DNA of 64,000 nucleotides from Phoronis australis (lineage: Eukaryota > Animalia > Phoronida). The notes beneath the pieces were generated by a model that searched no databases, was not told the DNA's origin, and saw only the letters and a list, made by a program, of their open reading frames with translations. Positions 37,969 to 50,642 of this stretch are shown piece after piece (position 1 is the first letter of the stretch; each line of letters starts with the position of its first letter). Position numbers and translations under genes: made by a program. The DNA is taken from NCBI GenBank assembly GCA_002633005.1, contig NMRA01000093.1:975366-1039365 (forward strand), read 5' to 3'.

Positions 37969-38918
37969 ACAGTACACACCATGGATTTTTGCACATTTCG
38001 AATTACGGTGGCCAGACTAAATGTATGAGGTAAAATTTAGCCAAATCCATGATAATTTCGTGTCATTAGCTCGAAATTTTAATTTCTCTTTCAATTTTGC
38101 CAATTTTCACATTTCCCGCCATGTGACATCATGGGTTGAACACAAGAGATCAGCGACTAGCATTGAACAACGGCGGAGAGTAGCGACAACGATTATGAGC
38201 AAGAAATGAACAAATACTATGAAGAAATGTACGAGAATGGTGGCCAGGATGACGAAATGGGATTGCACGAAAGCGAGAACGAGTTTGATGTGTTTTCAGC
38301 TGCGTACTTTTCTAGCTCTGAGGCCTTACGAACTGGATCCACCCGCGAGAGAAGCGGCCTCAGGCTCGGCCAGTCAACCCAGTCATCCAACAGACGATCC
38401 TGAATAAAGAGCCGATGTTTCTGAATAGTAAATATTGTCCTTTATTGAACCAGGCCTTCATCGTAACATCTCCTCTGATTGGAGTCGACACACGACTCCT
38501 CAAAGAGGGCAGAACACAGAGTGGCCCTGGACAGAATCGCTTGGTCCACGCTGAGGTCCCACACTCTCGTTCGGCGCAAGAAGCAATGCCACTACTGCGC
38601 AACTTTGGCGTCCTTCGGAACACCGAGACGTTCTCCGTCTGACTGCTGTTGCTGCAGCCTCCGCAAACACATCTTTTCATCCCTCTGCGAACCTTCTCGA
38701 CGCTAAATATACTTTACTTTCACTTCACTCTATACACTTAGTTGCTGATCCGAACAGTGAGCCAAACGACTTGGGTTCAGCCCATGACGTTGTACATAAT
38801 TATTATTTTTTTCAATTTTTATGTGTTTCTTTATGAGTTGTGCACTAAAGGCACTGAAATCAAGTAAGATATAATAATAAAATTTATTTTGAGGTACTAG
38901 AGTCATGTTGCGTACACT
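37969..38918. mobile_element. Internally deleted Kolobok element with convergent KolX-like (+) and THAP (-) stubs
   Basis: TTAA flanks, degenerate TIRs, subterminal inverted motifs (catgggttgaacacaag / cttgggttcagcccatg). Confidence 0.7.
38480..38680 (-). pseudogene. THAP domain pseudogene (Kolobok transposase N-terminus)
   Basis: MKRCVCGGCSNS...[frameshift]PKDAKVAQ*WHCFLRRTR...LCSALFEESC matches the THAP C2CH pattern, with a frameshift, a stop and H>L. Confidence 0.75.
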
Positions 38919-41900
38919 TTAAATACATGGTGAAATGGCTTGCAGCCGTGCAAACTGAATCTGAGATTGCGTGAAAAGGGTGCTTCTACGAGAGGAAATA
39001 AGCACAACCTTATACAAAGGTAAGGTTTGCAATTATTTTAACGATTATTCCACGATTATTCTACCGATGCCTGTTAACTGAGGTACTCGCCGATGTCGAC
39101 TTCGCGGCAGTCGCCAGTCGGGTTAATCTTTGTTTGTTGTATGTGATACGATATTTGACGTAGCAATCGGGATCTTTTCGTACATCAAAGCATTATTATT
39201 GTTTGGAATGATTTCTAACAGTTTATCAGTGACAGTTACATCAATCAATGCTGAATGTTTAAGCTGTCAACTCGATACAGGTTAATGAGTTAAGATTACA
39301 ATCCAAGCCCAAGTGGCAAAGCGGGGTACATGACAAATATCCATTGCATTAGACTATTTGTTTACTCCCTATCATATGTCTTCTGGAAATCTATTACACA
39401 TTGAAATAGAAATCTATCACATCTGTTTTCACGTAACCTTTGGTTTTTAGGTTTGAGGGCTTGTACCGTGCGGAGGAGATTTGCATCGCTTCTGCACCGT
39501 CCCTGAATGGACAAAAACTGTGTTTTAGCATTTGACTGCAGCTAACCAACAAGATCTTCCCATCCAGTGCAAATCTTTTGTCCAAGCCTACTTTCATTCT
39601 TGGAGGAAACGAACAAAGCCTTTGAAAAGGAACAGCTATTTTTAAAGAAAGGTATGCAAGTCATTTTGTTAATTTTCTTATTCAGGTCCTTAGCGGCGGA
39701 TTGGCATGGGGGGTTGGGGTTGTAATATTTGGTACAACTGAATGTGTGGAAATAACAGGTAATACATGTTTGGGGAAAAGAGCATGGTGACGTCATTCTT
39801 AACCTTCATGTAGTCCCTTCAAGTTGATTTCTTGAAACTGTTTTCCTACTTGTATCAATTGTAAACCCATGAAAATGTATTACATTTTCGGAATTCACAG
39901 TGACTGAATAGTCTTAACTCATGCCTTGAAATGTTGCAAGTCGTTATGAATTCAAATGACTGCCATTTTTGTGAAAATTACATTTTTGATGGTGCCTTAC
40001 GATTTGTAATTACTCTTAAACAACAGAAAGATTAATCATCATTTTTAAATGACCCAAGTCTTCATTTCTTCTATTGGAAGAAAATTTAAAAGTCTGAGAA
40101 ACGGTTCCCACCTTAGACTAGAAGTATTCTTGACAGACCCATGAACCTGTAATTGGAGTTTAAAATTGCTGAAAGTATCAAAATTAAAAAGGCTTGAAAA
40201 TGGGTAACAAAGGTTTGAAGTTGTCTCAAAAAGCCTGTATATTTTGCAGACAAGTGATGCGTTTAAAGAATTGTTATGGCTACGAATAAAAAATAAAGAC
40301 ACAGTTTTATGCAATGCTTATTATATACACCCGTGGTTTCTGAAAATAGTAATTATTTAATTTCATGTGAAACTGTAGAGCAGTCACCATATAATTTTGA
40401 AAAACAGGGATAACATTTTTGATCCAATCTGGAATACTTAATTATTCATATTTCAATATTTTTTCCAGGTTCAGTGACATTTTAAGGCCACTTCAAGCTG
40501 TATCATAGACAAGCTTTGTTACTCCGTTCTCTTCCCACAGCACTCCCACACACCAGCAGTGCTGCATGGCACAATGTGCAAGTCAGTGGCCCTGGAGAAA
40601 TGTGAATCGCAGCACTAAGTTACCATAAGACAGTGTGCCATTGGACTGTCTGTGTATTCAGACGAACTATATCTGACTGCTACACAAGTAAGCCTTGTTG
40701 GTGAGGATGCCCTTTCATAGGCAATGAGTCATGTGTGGACAAAAGCTTATTTCCGTTCCTGGAAGAAACATGAGGGACTGAAGCTAAAGAAGACCTAGTG
40801 ACACTCTGGTCTACTTCAAGGGTCTGATTTTGGGCTCAAAAGGATTCAAGTGATATGCTGCTGTGTTAACCTTCAAGGGTCTAATTGTGGATGTTATTGA
40901 GGCTGAATGAGGTTACATGAAAGAAAGCCACGGGTCGCAACTAGACCTTTTTTACAAGCACTTCTATAGGCCATTGAAACTAGATCCCAGTGAAATGAAA
41001 GCCAAAAGCTGAGTGACATTAAAGTTTCCTTTCAGAAGAAAGGCTTTATACTATTGGTAAAAACATTTCAATTTGGTACACATTATGGGGAAATGACATT
41101 CAGTGACTGCATCGATTGTCTCATTGTATGTTTTCAATTGGAGCTAGCTGGATAAGAATCTGCTATGCACAAGATTCGAGAATAAACAATTATCAGTGTA
41201 TTTAAAAACAACTGGCAAACTGAAAAAGCACAGAAAGAAACAACATTGCGACGGAGTCCATAATCAGGCATATCAAGTGCTAATTTCTGAATGATGTTCA
41301 ATTCTCTCAGGTTATTGCTGAAGGATTGCTTTTCACTTTGTCCAAAGGTAAAATAGGTGGTCGGGTGGTTGGTTTCAGTTGTTTTCGCTCACCTGTAACA
41401 GAATAGTCGGAAAAATATTAGCAAATTGTAAAGGAAAACACAGGACAAAACTACTTTTGTAAGGCAGAACATACTTGACGTTTCATCTTCATGTTTATGT
41501 GTAGAAACTAATAACATTTGTACCCAAGTCTTATTTAATATCTGAATTAAAATATGTGAAACAGGCTAAAAGTGATTTAACAATGTGTATTTTTCATGAC
41601 ACTTAAAATGTGCTTCTGATCTCAACAAGTAAAATTCATTCTAGGAGTCAATTTTTCTTCCAATACAATGTTACGACATTTATTAAATTAAGGCTTATTC
41701 ATGTCGATTCGATAACTGATCTGGTAGCCCTGGGGGTGGAGTCCGCGATAAAATAAGGAAATTCACACATTTTATTGGAAACAGCATAGTTTTGAAGAGA
41801 AACTGCTGTGAAAAAGTCACCATTGACTTCTGTGCATCACGTACCATACACCTCTTATTTTGGGAGCACTCCAACCCAGTATAATAGGAATATGTGCTGC

Positions 41901-42367
41901 TAGCCTACCCAGCATCGGGTGAGTTTTCTAAAAGGAACACTAGTTCCCCTCAATAAACCTGTTATTCAGTGGGGTAACTGGTGGGAATAACATCACCGAA
42001 CGATGTTGATAGAAACTTGATTGCTAAAAACTTACCAAGTCAGTAACGTTGTGTAGTTTCCGAATGGAACTGCATAGTCATAGAGCACACACGGGGCTTC
42101 AGCATCCACACACTTTTTGTCAATTAGTTGACCCTTTTGACCACAATTGTCCACAAATATAGTAACCTTAGGTCTTTTGGGAATTTGTGGCCACCTGTCG
42201 AAGACTTGCACCAGGGAAATTAGCAGTAATGAGGCTTAGCGCGACGACGTATTTTGATAACAATTCCATCTTTTACCTGCAGTTGTTTACATGCAGACAG
42301 CCACGCATGCGCAATTCAATCACCACTAGTACAGCAGCGACACCGCAAGAATTCTCCGAAAAGCCCC

Positions 42368-44340
42368 ATTACCCAACCATAAACTGCAGTAAACAACTTT
42401 GTCTGTACATACTGTCCAATTTTCAAAATGCATTAACCAACAGTTTTCGTTAAATACAAATACCAGAGTTGTATTCAGATGGAAAAAACAACCAAGTTTG
42501 ATTTTCGATTTCTAAAAATCGATGAACTATTAGGCTAAAAACTACAAACATTGAGTATGATAGAGGATAAACGATTGTGCGTATTGATATACTCGGTGAT
42601 TTACAAACACTGATCAGAGTTAACAATATCACCTGGATTATTCTTTTAATATATACAACAAAGCTACATTGAAACATCTATAAACAACACACAGTGACTA
42701 AATTAGATGTCATTAACTTTTACAAAATTGGTTATGGCCCAGTGCATGCCAAACTACTTTACTCCAGGAGTAGTACACTAACCGGAACACTGCTATTTGC
42801 GGAAATGCGCCAGTTTTGATAGATAGCTTGTAGTTGTAATGGAACACCTGTGAAGACAACTAAGATGGCTAGCTTTGTAGTCAAGGAGAAAGTGCAAGCA
42901 GTGGATGAGGTTGGTCGGTGGGCAAGATCTGTGATTTCATTTTTTATGACTGAGGAAAAGCTAAAATAGTTACCGGTATGTAGTTATCTCAACCAAAATT
43001 GTCCAGAGGTTCCAAATCTTCAGTTTGGCTACCATCATACTTACGCTTTTGTATATATTTTATGATTTGAGTTTTAATAAAAATTGAACTTGGAACTAAT
43101 GGCAGGTCATGTGGAGAATTTCTGGGTTACATTGGTCACCACTCTGTTTCCCTAATCCCCAGACAACTTTTATGATGGCTATTCATCATGTCCTTTGATG
43201 TAGATCTGAGCTAATGAAGTGGAAGGTAATAGCTAGTACTACTTACTTAACAATGCTGGTTGTTATTACACCCAAATCAGTTTTCTCTGGCATTTGCACA
43301 GAGTTAAAGCCTGCAATGTGGAGAGTAGTTTTAACTTGGTACATTTTAAATATTACAAAAAGACAAAAAACTAATTTACGTTGATCTTGACATAGGACCA
43401 CTTCGATCCCAACTTTGGTTTTAAATGTTTCATACCTGTTTTCATTACTTTATTTTTAATACTCCTGTTTACTTGTTTTTTTTCTCACCAGTTAGGGTTG
43501 CTAACTTTTTATTTTTTTTAATGAAGTATCAAAACAACTTAGAAGTCAGTTGAAAACCTATCCCTGACTTTTCCAGATTACAGCTACACCAAACATGTCA
43601 CAGTAAACAAAACTTTATCATTAGTTCAAGTTCAATCTTTATTAGAACTCAAATCATAAAATATATACAAAAGCGCAAATATGATGATAGCCAAACTGAA
43701 GATTTGGAACCTCTGGACAATTTTGGTAGCAGTAACTACATAACTATTCTAGCTTTTCCTCAGTCATAAAAATGAAATCACAGCTCTTGCCCACCGATCA
43801 ACCTCATCCACTGTGTGCACTCTCTCGTTTACTACAAAGCTATCCATCATCTTGTCTTCACATACGTGTTTTCCTTTACAACTACAATTCATCAAAACTG
43901 GCGCATTTCTGAAAATATCAGTTGTCCGGTTAGTGTGTTACTCCTCGAGTAAAGTAGTTTGGAATGCCTTGGACCATAAGCGATGTTTTAAAAGTTATTG
44001 GCATCTAATTTAGTCACTGAATGTTGTTTAAAGATGTTTCAATGTAGCTTAGGTGTATATTAAAAGAATTATCCACGTGATATTGTTAACTCTGATCAGC
44101 GTTTGTAAATCCATTGAGTATATCAATACGCAGTCGTTTATCTTCAATCGTACCCAATGTTCGTAGTTTTCAGCCTAATGGTTCATCAATTTTTAAAAAT
44201 CCAAAACGACACTTGGTTGTTTTTTCATCTGAATACAGCTGTGGTACTTATTTTTAACGAAAACTGTTGCTTAATGCATTTTGAAAATTCGCCAGTATGT
44301 ACAGGCAGATTATGTTTATTACAGTGTATGGTCGGTTGAT
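42368..44340. repeat. Diverged inverted duplication (42368-43100 vs 43618-44340)
   Basis: Colinear reverse-complement match. In addition, 43100-43614 matches 44520-44686 plus 49282-49665, and 37690-37878 matches 44340-44520. Confidence 0.85.
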
Positions 44341-44777
44341 TACACTTAGTGGGGTCTTGCTAGCACCGGAAAATGCGGTCATCGCAACAGAGTCTAACTC
44401 TGGCGCTGCCCTTTCTTTGATCCTGGTAAAAGCCGCTTAGAAGGACGAGCGGTGAAAAGTCATGCATCTCTTTAGAAATGCGTGACTTTCGTGTAAGCAC
44501 ATTATTCATGGCAAGTGTAGTTTTATTTGCTGTGACATGTTTGGTGTAACTGTAATCTGGAAAATTCAGGGATGGGTTCATAATTAACTGACTTCTAGGG
44601 ATGGGTTCATAATTAACTGACTTCTAAGTTGTACTGAATACTTCGTTCAAACACAAAATAAAAAGATAGCAATCCTAACTGGTTACTGTGGTATACCCTG
44701 CTCACTAGTTTGTGAGATCACCACGAGAAGTCTCTGGTAGCGCGGCTTCCGGGGAATCGCGTTTTTAGTTAAGTAGA

Positions 44778-45089
44778 GTAGAAAATATATCTGAAACTAA
44801 ATAAGGCGATCCAGATCCTCCCAAGGATACTATTGTTTCATGAAATGAAGAATATAAATCGGTAAATAAAACAACAAGAATGGATCAACTGAAATTTGAA
44901 ATTTTCGGATGTAAAAACTTCCTTTGTCAACAAAAACAGAAATAAAGTAAAATCAAACACAAAATGACAATTGACATATAAGATATGGTGTAACGAATAT
45001 GATACATTTTTGCGTAAAAAAATTTTTTAATGACATATTTTAAGAAGTTTCAGTTGATCCATTCTTGTTGTTTTATTTACCGATTTATA
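44778..45089 (-). mobile_element. Penelope-like retroelement fragment inserted in the Gypsy 5' LTR
   Basis: 12-bp TSD tagttaagtaga; absent from the 3' LTR; ~43-bp internal inverted repeat plus ~70-nt tail; degenerate hammerhead-like TTGACAAA-GGA...TCC-GAAA on the minus strand at 44890-44931. Confidence 0.65.
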
Positions 45090-45156
45090 TAGTTAAGTAG
45101 AAATATACTGTTTTCTTAGTTGTTATTAGTAATACACTACAAACTGGCGACGAGGA

Positions 45157-48100
45157 TGGCCCATCTGAGGAACCTGCAAATGTTTGATGCTTCGGCTGAA
45201 CTGTGGAGTACTTATGAGCCGAGCAGTATTTTCAGTTAAATGACATTGCAGGCGATAAGCGAGTCCCTGCCATCCTTACGTTCATGAGGCAGGAGGCCTA
45301 TGGTATTTTACGCAGTCTGACAACGCCGGATCTTCCCAAGGACAAAACATACTCGCAGATAGTGAAGTTGTCAGAGGAACATTATGAACCAAAGCCTTTG
45401 GAAATCTCGGCACGTTTTCGTTTTACCAGGCGTGTTCAGAAGGAGCGTGAGAGTGTCACTGACTTCATTACCGATCTGCGGCGGTTGTCATTGCTTTGTG
45501 GCTATGGGGATAATCTCAACATGGCGCTTTGTGACCAGTTTGTGTTAGGCCTTCGGGATGAAGGGACATTAACTAAACTGTAAAAAGTTGACAAACTGAC
45601 TCTGGATCAAGCTGTGCAAATGGCCCATGTGGCGGAGTGTTCTGTTAAAGATGCACACGAGTTTCAAGCGGAGGCTTCTGCCGCGGTGAGTGGCCCTGCA
45701 TCTGTTCACCGAGTCTTCGCTAAGTCCGACGGCCGTGGTGCCAGCCGCTACAAAGTGACTCCTACCCTCTCTAGCGTTAGTAAGCACAGTGGTTCTTGTT
45801 TTCACTGTGGAGGTAAACACAACGAACATTCTCGTCGACATGAAGGTGCCACATGTTATAAATGTGGGGAGGTTGGACATATTAAACCTATGTGTAAGTT
45901 AGAGTATGTTAAAACTGATTCGGGATCTATCAATAACGTGAGGCTTGGTGACCCTGATAATTTGCATTTGTATTACTGTGGGGCTGATGGAAGAGCCTCC
46001 AGTTTATGTAGCTGTAAATGTTGCTGGCCATGACATTTCTATGGACGTAGACTTTGGCGCTGCACATACCACCATCGGTGAAGACCTTTACAAGGCGAGT
46101 TTTTCGCAATTTCATCGGGAGCCTCCAAATGTTACTCTTTGCGGGTATGACGAAGTACCCGTGCCCTTGCTTGGTGTTATTGAGGTGCCAGTCACATTTA
46201 AAGAGCAGCCCTCGAGAAAATTGCCTTTCATTGTGGTTAAGGGAAACCGTCCTTCGCTGTTTCGTAGGAATTGGATACGAGAATTGGAAGTTAACTGGAA
46301 TTCCCTCCTCAAGTTATCTCATGAACTGCAAAATATTGATCTCCTTATGGCAAAGTACAAAAACCTGTTTATTGGTAATGGCGAGGGAATTCGAGACTTC
46401 ACTGCGTCTATCAAGCTTAAACCTAATGCAAAAGTCACGTTTCAAAAAGCTCGTCCCATTATTTATTCAATTCAGGAGTCAGTAGAGGCCGACCTCAGTC
46501 GCATGGAACAATGTGGTGTTGTGGAGCGTGTGGAACATAGTAACTGGGCGTCGCCCACTGTGAACGTCGTGTCTGTGGCGACTACAAATTATTGAACACT
46601 CAGAGGATGACAAATATCCGTTACCTAATACCCAAGACTTGTTTGCCAAGTTGGCACGTGACGATTCTACACCGTGTGTGTTCTCTTCGCTTGATTTGGT
46701 GGGTGCATTTAATCATTTGCGATAAGATGGCCATTCTTCAGACTTTCTCAGCTTGAACACTCACAAGTATTTGTTGCAACCACGCCGTCTAACATTTGGA
46801 GTACAGACGGCACCATCCATTTTCCAGGCTACCATGGATAAACTTTTGTCCAGTATCAATAACGGTATATGTTTCATCGGCGACATTTTAGTGATAGGCC
46901 ATTCCCTAGAGCAACACCATCGCACTCTCGAACTGGTGTTTGCACATCTCAGCAAATATAATATAAAGCTGAACAGATCAAAGTGTATTTTTGCTATGCC
47001 GGAGATCCAGTTTCTCGGACACTCCTTGTCAGTGGATGGCGTGCAACCCTTAGCCGACAAAGTGGCGGCTATCTCACAGGTTCCTCGACCTAAAAATGTG
47101 GATGAACTAAAATCGTTTCTCGTAATGGTGAACTATTATGGCAAGTTCATTCGTAATTCGTCTACTCTGTTACACCCTTTGTATGCACTGCTGCATGGGG
47201 ATGTCGAATGGCATTGGAGTGATGCCTGCGATAAGTCATTTGTTGAATGTAAGCGCCAGCTATTAAGTGATCATGTGTTAGTGCGTTACGATCCCAGAAG
47301 ACCGCTTCTTCTAAGCTGCGATGCTAGTTCCTATGGCGTGGGAGCGGTTTTAAGCCACAAGATGCCTGATGGTTCGGATAAACCGATTGCATTCGCTTCC
47401 CGAACACTTAGTTCTGCAGAGAAGAACTATGCACAAGTCGAGAAAGAGGGACTAGCTCTGATTTTTGGTGTGAAGTGTTTTCACATGTATCTGATCGGAT
47501 GTTCACTCTTGCGACTGACTACGAGTCCCTTACTCGCATTTTTGGGCACTGGTGTAATCCGGTTACCATTTTGAGATAGTGCACAAGTGATCACATCTGA
47601 ATGCAAATGCTGATGCATTGAGTCATCTTCCCGTGGATCAGCCAGAAACTGCGTCTAAAGTGGAGACCTACTCGATTCACTTTGTTACCATGGACTCTAT
47701 TCCAGTAACGGCATATGAGATCCATGATTCTACCCGTAAGGACCCAATTCTTTCAAGGGTATATGATTTTGTGTCGCATGGCTGGCCTGATCATGTCGAT
47801 AGTATTGAACTGCAACTGCATTTTGTGAGCAGAGATGAATTGTCACTTGAAGATGGATGCCTTTTGTGTGGCCATTGAGTTATTATACCAGCCAAGTTTC
47901 AAGCTAAACTTATGTCGGATTTGCATGATTTGTATACCGGTATGGTGCGGATGAAATCGATCGCCAGGGGTTACTTTTGGTGGCCTGGCCTGGATAAGGA
48001 GATTGATGATTTAGTGCGTTCGTGTGGTTATTGTGCTCGATTTCGTAACATGCCAAAACCTTCGCCATTGATTCCGTGGCCATGGGCAACCAGGCCCTGG

Positions 48101-49022
48101 CAGAGAATACACATCGATTATGCTGAAAAGGATGGTAAGGATTATCTTATTGTTGTGGATAGCCACTCCAAGTGGTTGGAGGTGTTTCCCATGTTGGGAA
48201 TGACTTCAACTCACACCATTGTGAAATTACGTCAGCTGTTCGCGTCTAACGGCTAGCCCTATGAGCTTGTGTCAGATAGCGGCCCACAGTTTCGATCTGC
48301 AGAATTTGAGACATTTCTACGCTTGAATGGTGTCAGGCACACATTCAGTCCCATTTATCATCCTGCTAGTAATGGACAGGCGGAACGTTATGTGCAGATT
48401 TTCAAAGACAAGTTGGACAAATCTGATACACGCTTGCCATTGTCGCATCACTTGTCGAACTTGTTGTTCTCATATCGCAACACGCCATATTCTGTCACTG
48501 ACAAAACTTCAGCCGAACTATTTCTGAAACGTGCTCCGCGCACTAAGCTCACCCTGCTGAAACTGAACTTACAGGAATTTGTGGAAAGGAAGCAGAGTTG
48601 CCAGAAATCCACTCATGATGGTCAAACACTTAAACTGCGACAGCACAATCTTTATCAACATGTGCGCGTTCAGCAAACTCGCGGTGGGAAGGAGAAATGG
48701 ATTCCAGGTGTTAATTGTCACCAAGGTTACTGGACCATTGACATATGTAGTGCGAGTGTATGGAAACAATTATCATTTCGTACATGCTGATCACCTTAAT
48801 GCAGATGATTCTTCTATGCCTGAACGCGTTGAACTTAATTCAGAGCAGATATCTGTGGACCAGGCACTGACTGTGGCTAGTGATTCACCAGCTGAACCAG
48901 TCAGTGTTTCAAACACGCATTCAGACTCCGGATTTCTGGACTCTGCACCTGCATCACCTGAACCGGTGTCATTGCGCAGGTCCACTCGTGTTACTAAGGC
49001 ACTGGACAGATTGGATTTGTGA
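45157..49022 (+). pseudogene. gag-pol pseudogene of the Gypsy element
   Basis: Gag with CYKCGEVGHIKPMC knuckle; protease DFGA (degenerate DT/SG); RT FIGDIL (degenerate YxDD); RNase H CDASSYGVGAVL; integrase WQRIHIDYA, SDSGPQF, SNGQAER; many stops and frameshifts. Confidence 0.95.
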
Positions 49023-50092
49023 CTTAGCTGAACATTAGTTTAAGTGTATTTGTAGTTCTCCTTGGAACTTCAGTGTTAATGGTGACGGAACTTTATTTTA
49101 AGGACATTTAAGCGATTTGTTAGTCTCGTGTTGGAGGGAGGAGTGTGGTATACCCTGCTCACTAGTTTGTGAGATCACCACGAGAAGTCTCTGGTAGCGC
49201 GGCTTCTGGGGAATCACGTGTTTTTAATTAAGTAGAAATATACTCTTTTCTTAGTTATTATTAGTAATACACCACAGTTACAAAAAAGCAAGTAGACAGG
49301 AGTATTAAAATGTAATGAAAACAGGTACGAAACATATTTAAAACCAACGTTCCTTTGGGAAGTGGCCCAATGTCAAGATCAACGCAAATTAACTTTTTAG
49401 TCTATTTGTAATATTTTTAATAAATGTACCAAGTTAAAACTCCTCTCTTGAACTCTGTGCAAATGCCAGAGAAAAACAATTTGGCCGGGTGTTATAAAGT
49501 GATCGCCATTGTTGAGAAAGTAGTGCTGGCTATTTACCTTTCCACTTCATTGAGCTCAGATCTACATCAGTACAAAGGGTGTGCTGAACAGGTATCATAA
49601 AAGTTGTCTGGGGCTTAGAGAATCAGAGTGGTGACCAGTGAAGAGAAATTCTCCACATGGACACCAAATTTCAGCTAGAATAATTACCAAATTCAACAGT
49701 TTTTTTTCCAGATTTCTAGTAGTAGTTGTGAATGTCAATACTTATCTAAACAAATTGCTAAGCCATCACTCACCTGATGGGAACGGGTGCCTGTGCCTTC
49801 TGATAGCGGATACTTCTTTAATTGCATTATTATTATTGCAAATTTGATTGAGAAGTGAACGAAAGAACCTTTCACATTACGGATTTAGTACGGTGGACAA
49901 GTAGTAAGTACAGTCTGTCTCGACAACTAGTGTTTGAGACCCAACGCCAACGGTGATTTGAAGACCAGTCTAAATTTAGTTCAGTAGGCCTACGTTTGAA
50001 AAGAACGACCAGCGACCGCTCCAAAGTCAAAGAAGATAAGACTCAAAACTAAGCTAACTCGCCATGCCGAGTTGAGTTCTGTCGCAATAGTT

Positions 50093-50325
50093 GGGAAATT
50101 CCCGACATCATGCAGCCTCCACTTCAATAACGCAAGGACCTCGCTAAAAAGCAAGACTTCGCGAGATTACGTGAGATATTGCCGTGAATTTTAAAAGAGA
50201 ACTTGTGACTTTGCTTAGCAAAATTACTTTTTTTTACTGTCGCGACATCTAGCGACCAGATAGCATTTTACCGGTGTCGCGTGAAATTTCTTCCCAATTC
50301 GACTTTGCGCATGCGCAGATTGGCC
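50093..50325. promoter_or_regulatory. Candidate promoter motifs: kappaB site, NRF1-like palindrome, inverted CCAAT
   Basis: GGGAAATTCCC at 50093-50103; TGCGCATGCGCA at 50306-50317 followed by ATTGG; locally CpG-rich. Motif matches only. Confidence 0.35.
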
Positions 50326-50370
50326 AGGTTGGCATCCGGTCTTGTGAGCGTGAAATATCTTCCTAAGGCA

Positions 50371-50422
50371 TAGGCAATGACCATCGCCTCTGTTGGGCAA
50401 CAGAGGCGATGGTCATTGCCTA
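50371..50422. mobile_element. 52-bp hairpin mini-MITE, second copy
   Basis: Arms identical to those of 35504-35557; flanks cctaaggca/tccaaggca. Confidence 0.8.
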
Positions 50423-50510
50423 TCCAAGGCACTTCTGTGCGCTATTCTGAGACAGTTGAGTCGTTATCTGCTACGAACACGAACATTCCAGGCGTTTTTT
50501 TTTTGCAAAG

Positions 50511-50642
50511 ATGCATGATCTCAAGTACAGTGAGAGTGACGTGAAGAAGTTTTTGGAGGATGGATCCCATCCGTTGACTTTGACGAAGAGTCAGCGCAAG
50601 GCTTTACGAAGTTGTGCCAAGGACTTTCGCCGTTTCGGTTAG
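50511..50642 (+). pseudogene. Possible first exon of a Ginger/GIN-type integrase-like gene or relic
   Basis: MHDLKYSESDVKKFLEDGSHPLTLTKSQRKALRSCAKDFRRF resembles the L..G.YP...TK..KRALR..AK.F segment upstream of Gypsy/Ginger integrases; followed by donor-like gttag/gtaagt. No downstream exons identified. Confidence 0.35.

Larger units (their letters stand above)
37879..42367. mobile_element. Decayed ISL2EU-like DNA transposon (~4.5 kb)
   Basis: AT|GGGGCTATTCGGAAAAT ... ATTCTCCGAAAAGCCCC|AT; the empty site is visible in the paralogous copy at ~44330-44350; weak YqaJ-like remnants at ~40690-40990 (GLKLKKT, TFKGLIVDVI, LDLFYKHFYRP). Confidence 0.6.
44687..49276 (+). mobile_element. Ty3/Gypsy LTR retrotransposon, Mag-like, full-length but decayed
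   Basis: TG...CA LTRs at 44687-45141 (with insertion) and 49144-49276; 5-bp TSD GTTAC; PBS TGGCGACGAG at 45145; PPT ggagggaggag at 49133-49143; gag-PR-RT-RH-INT order. Confidence 0.96.
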
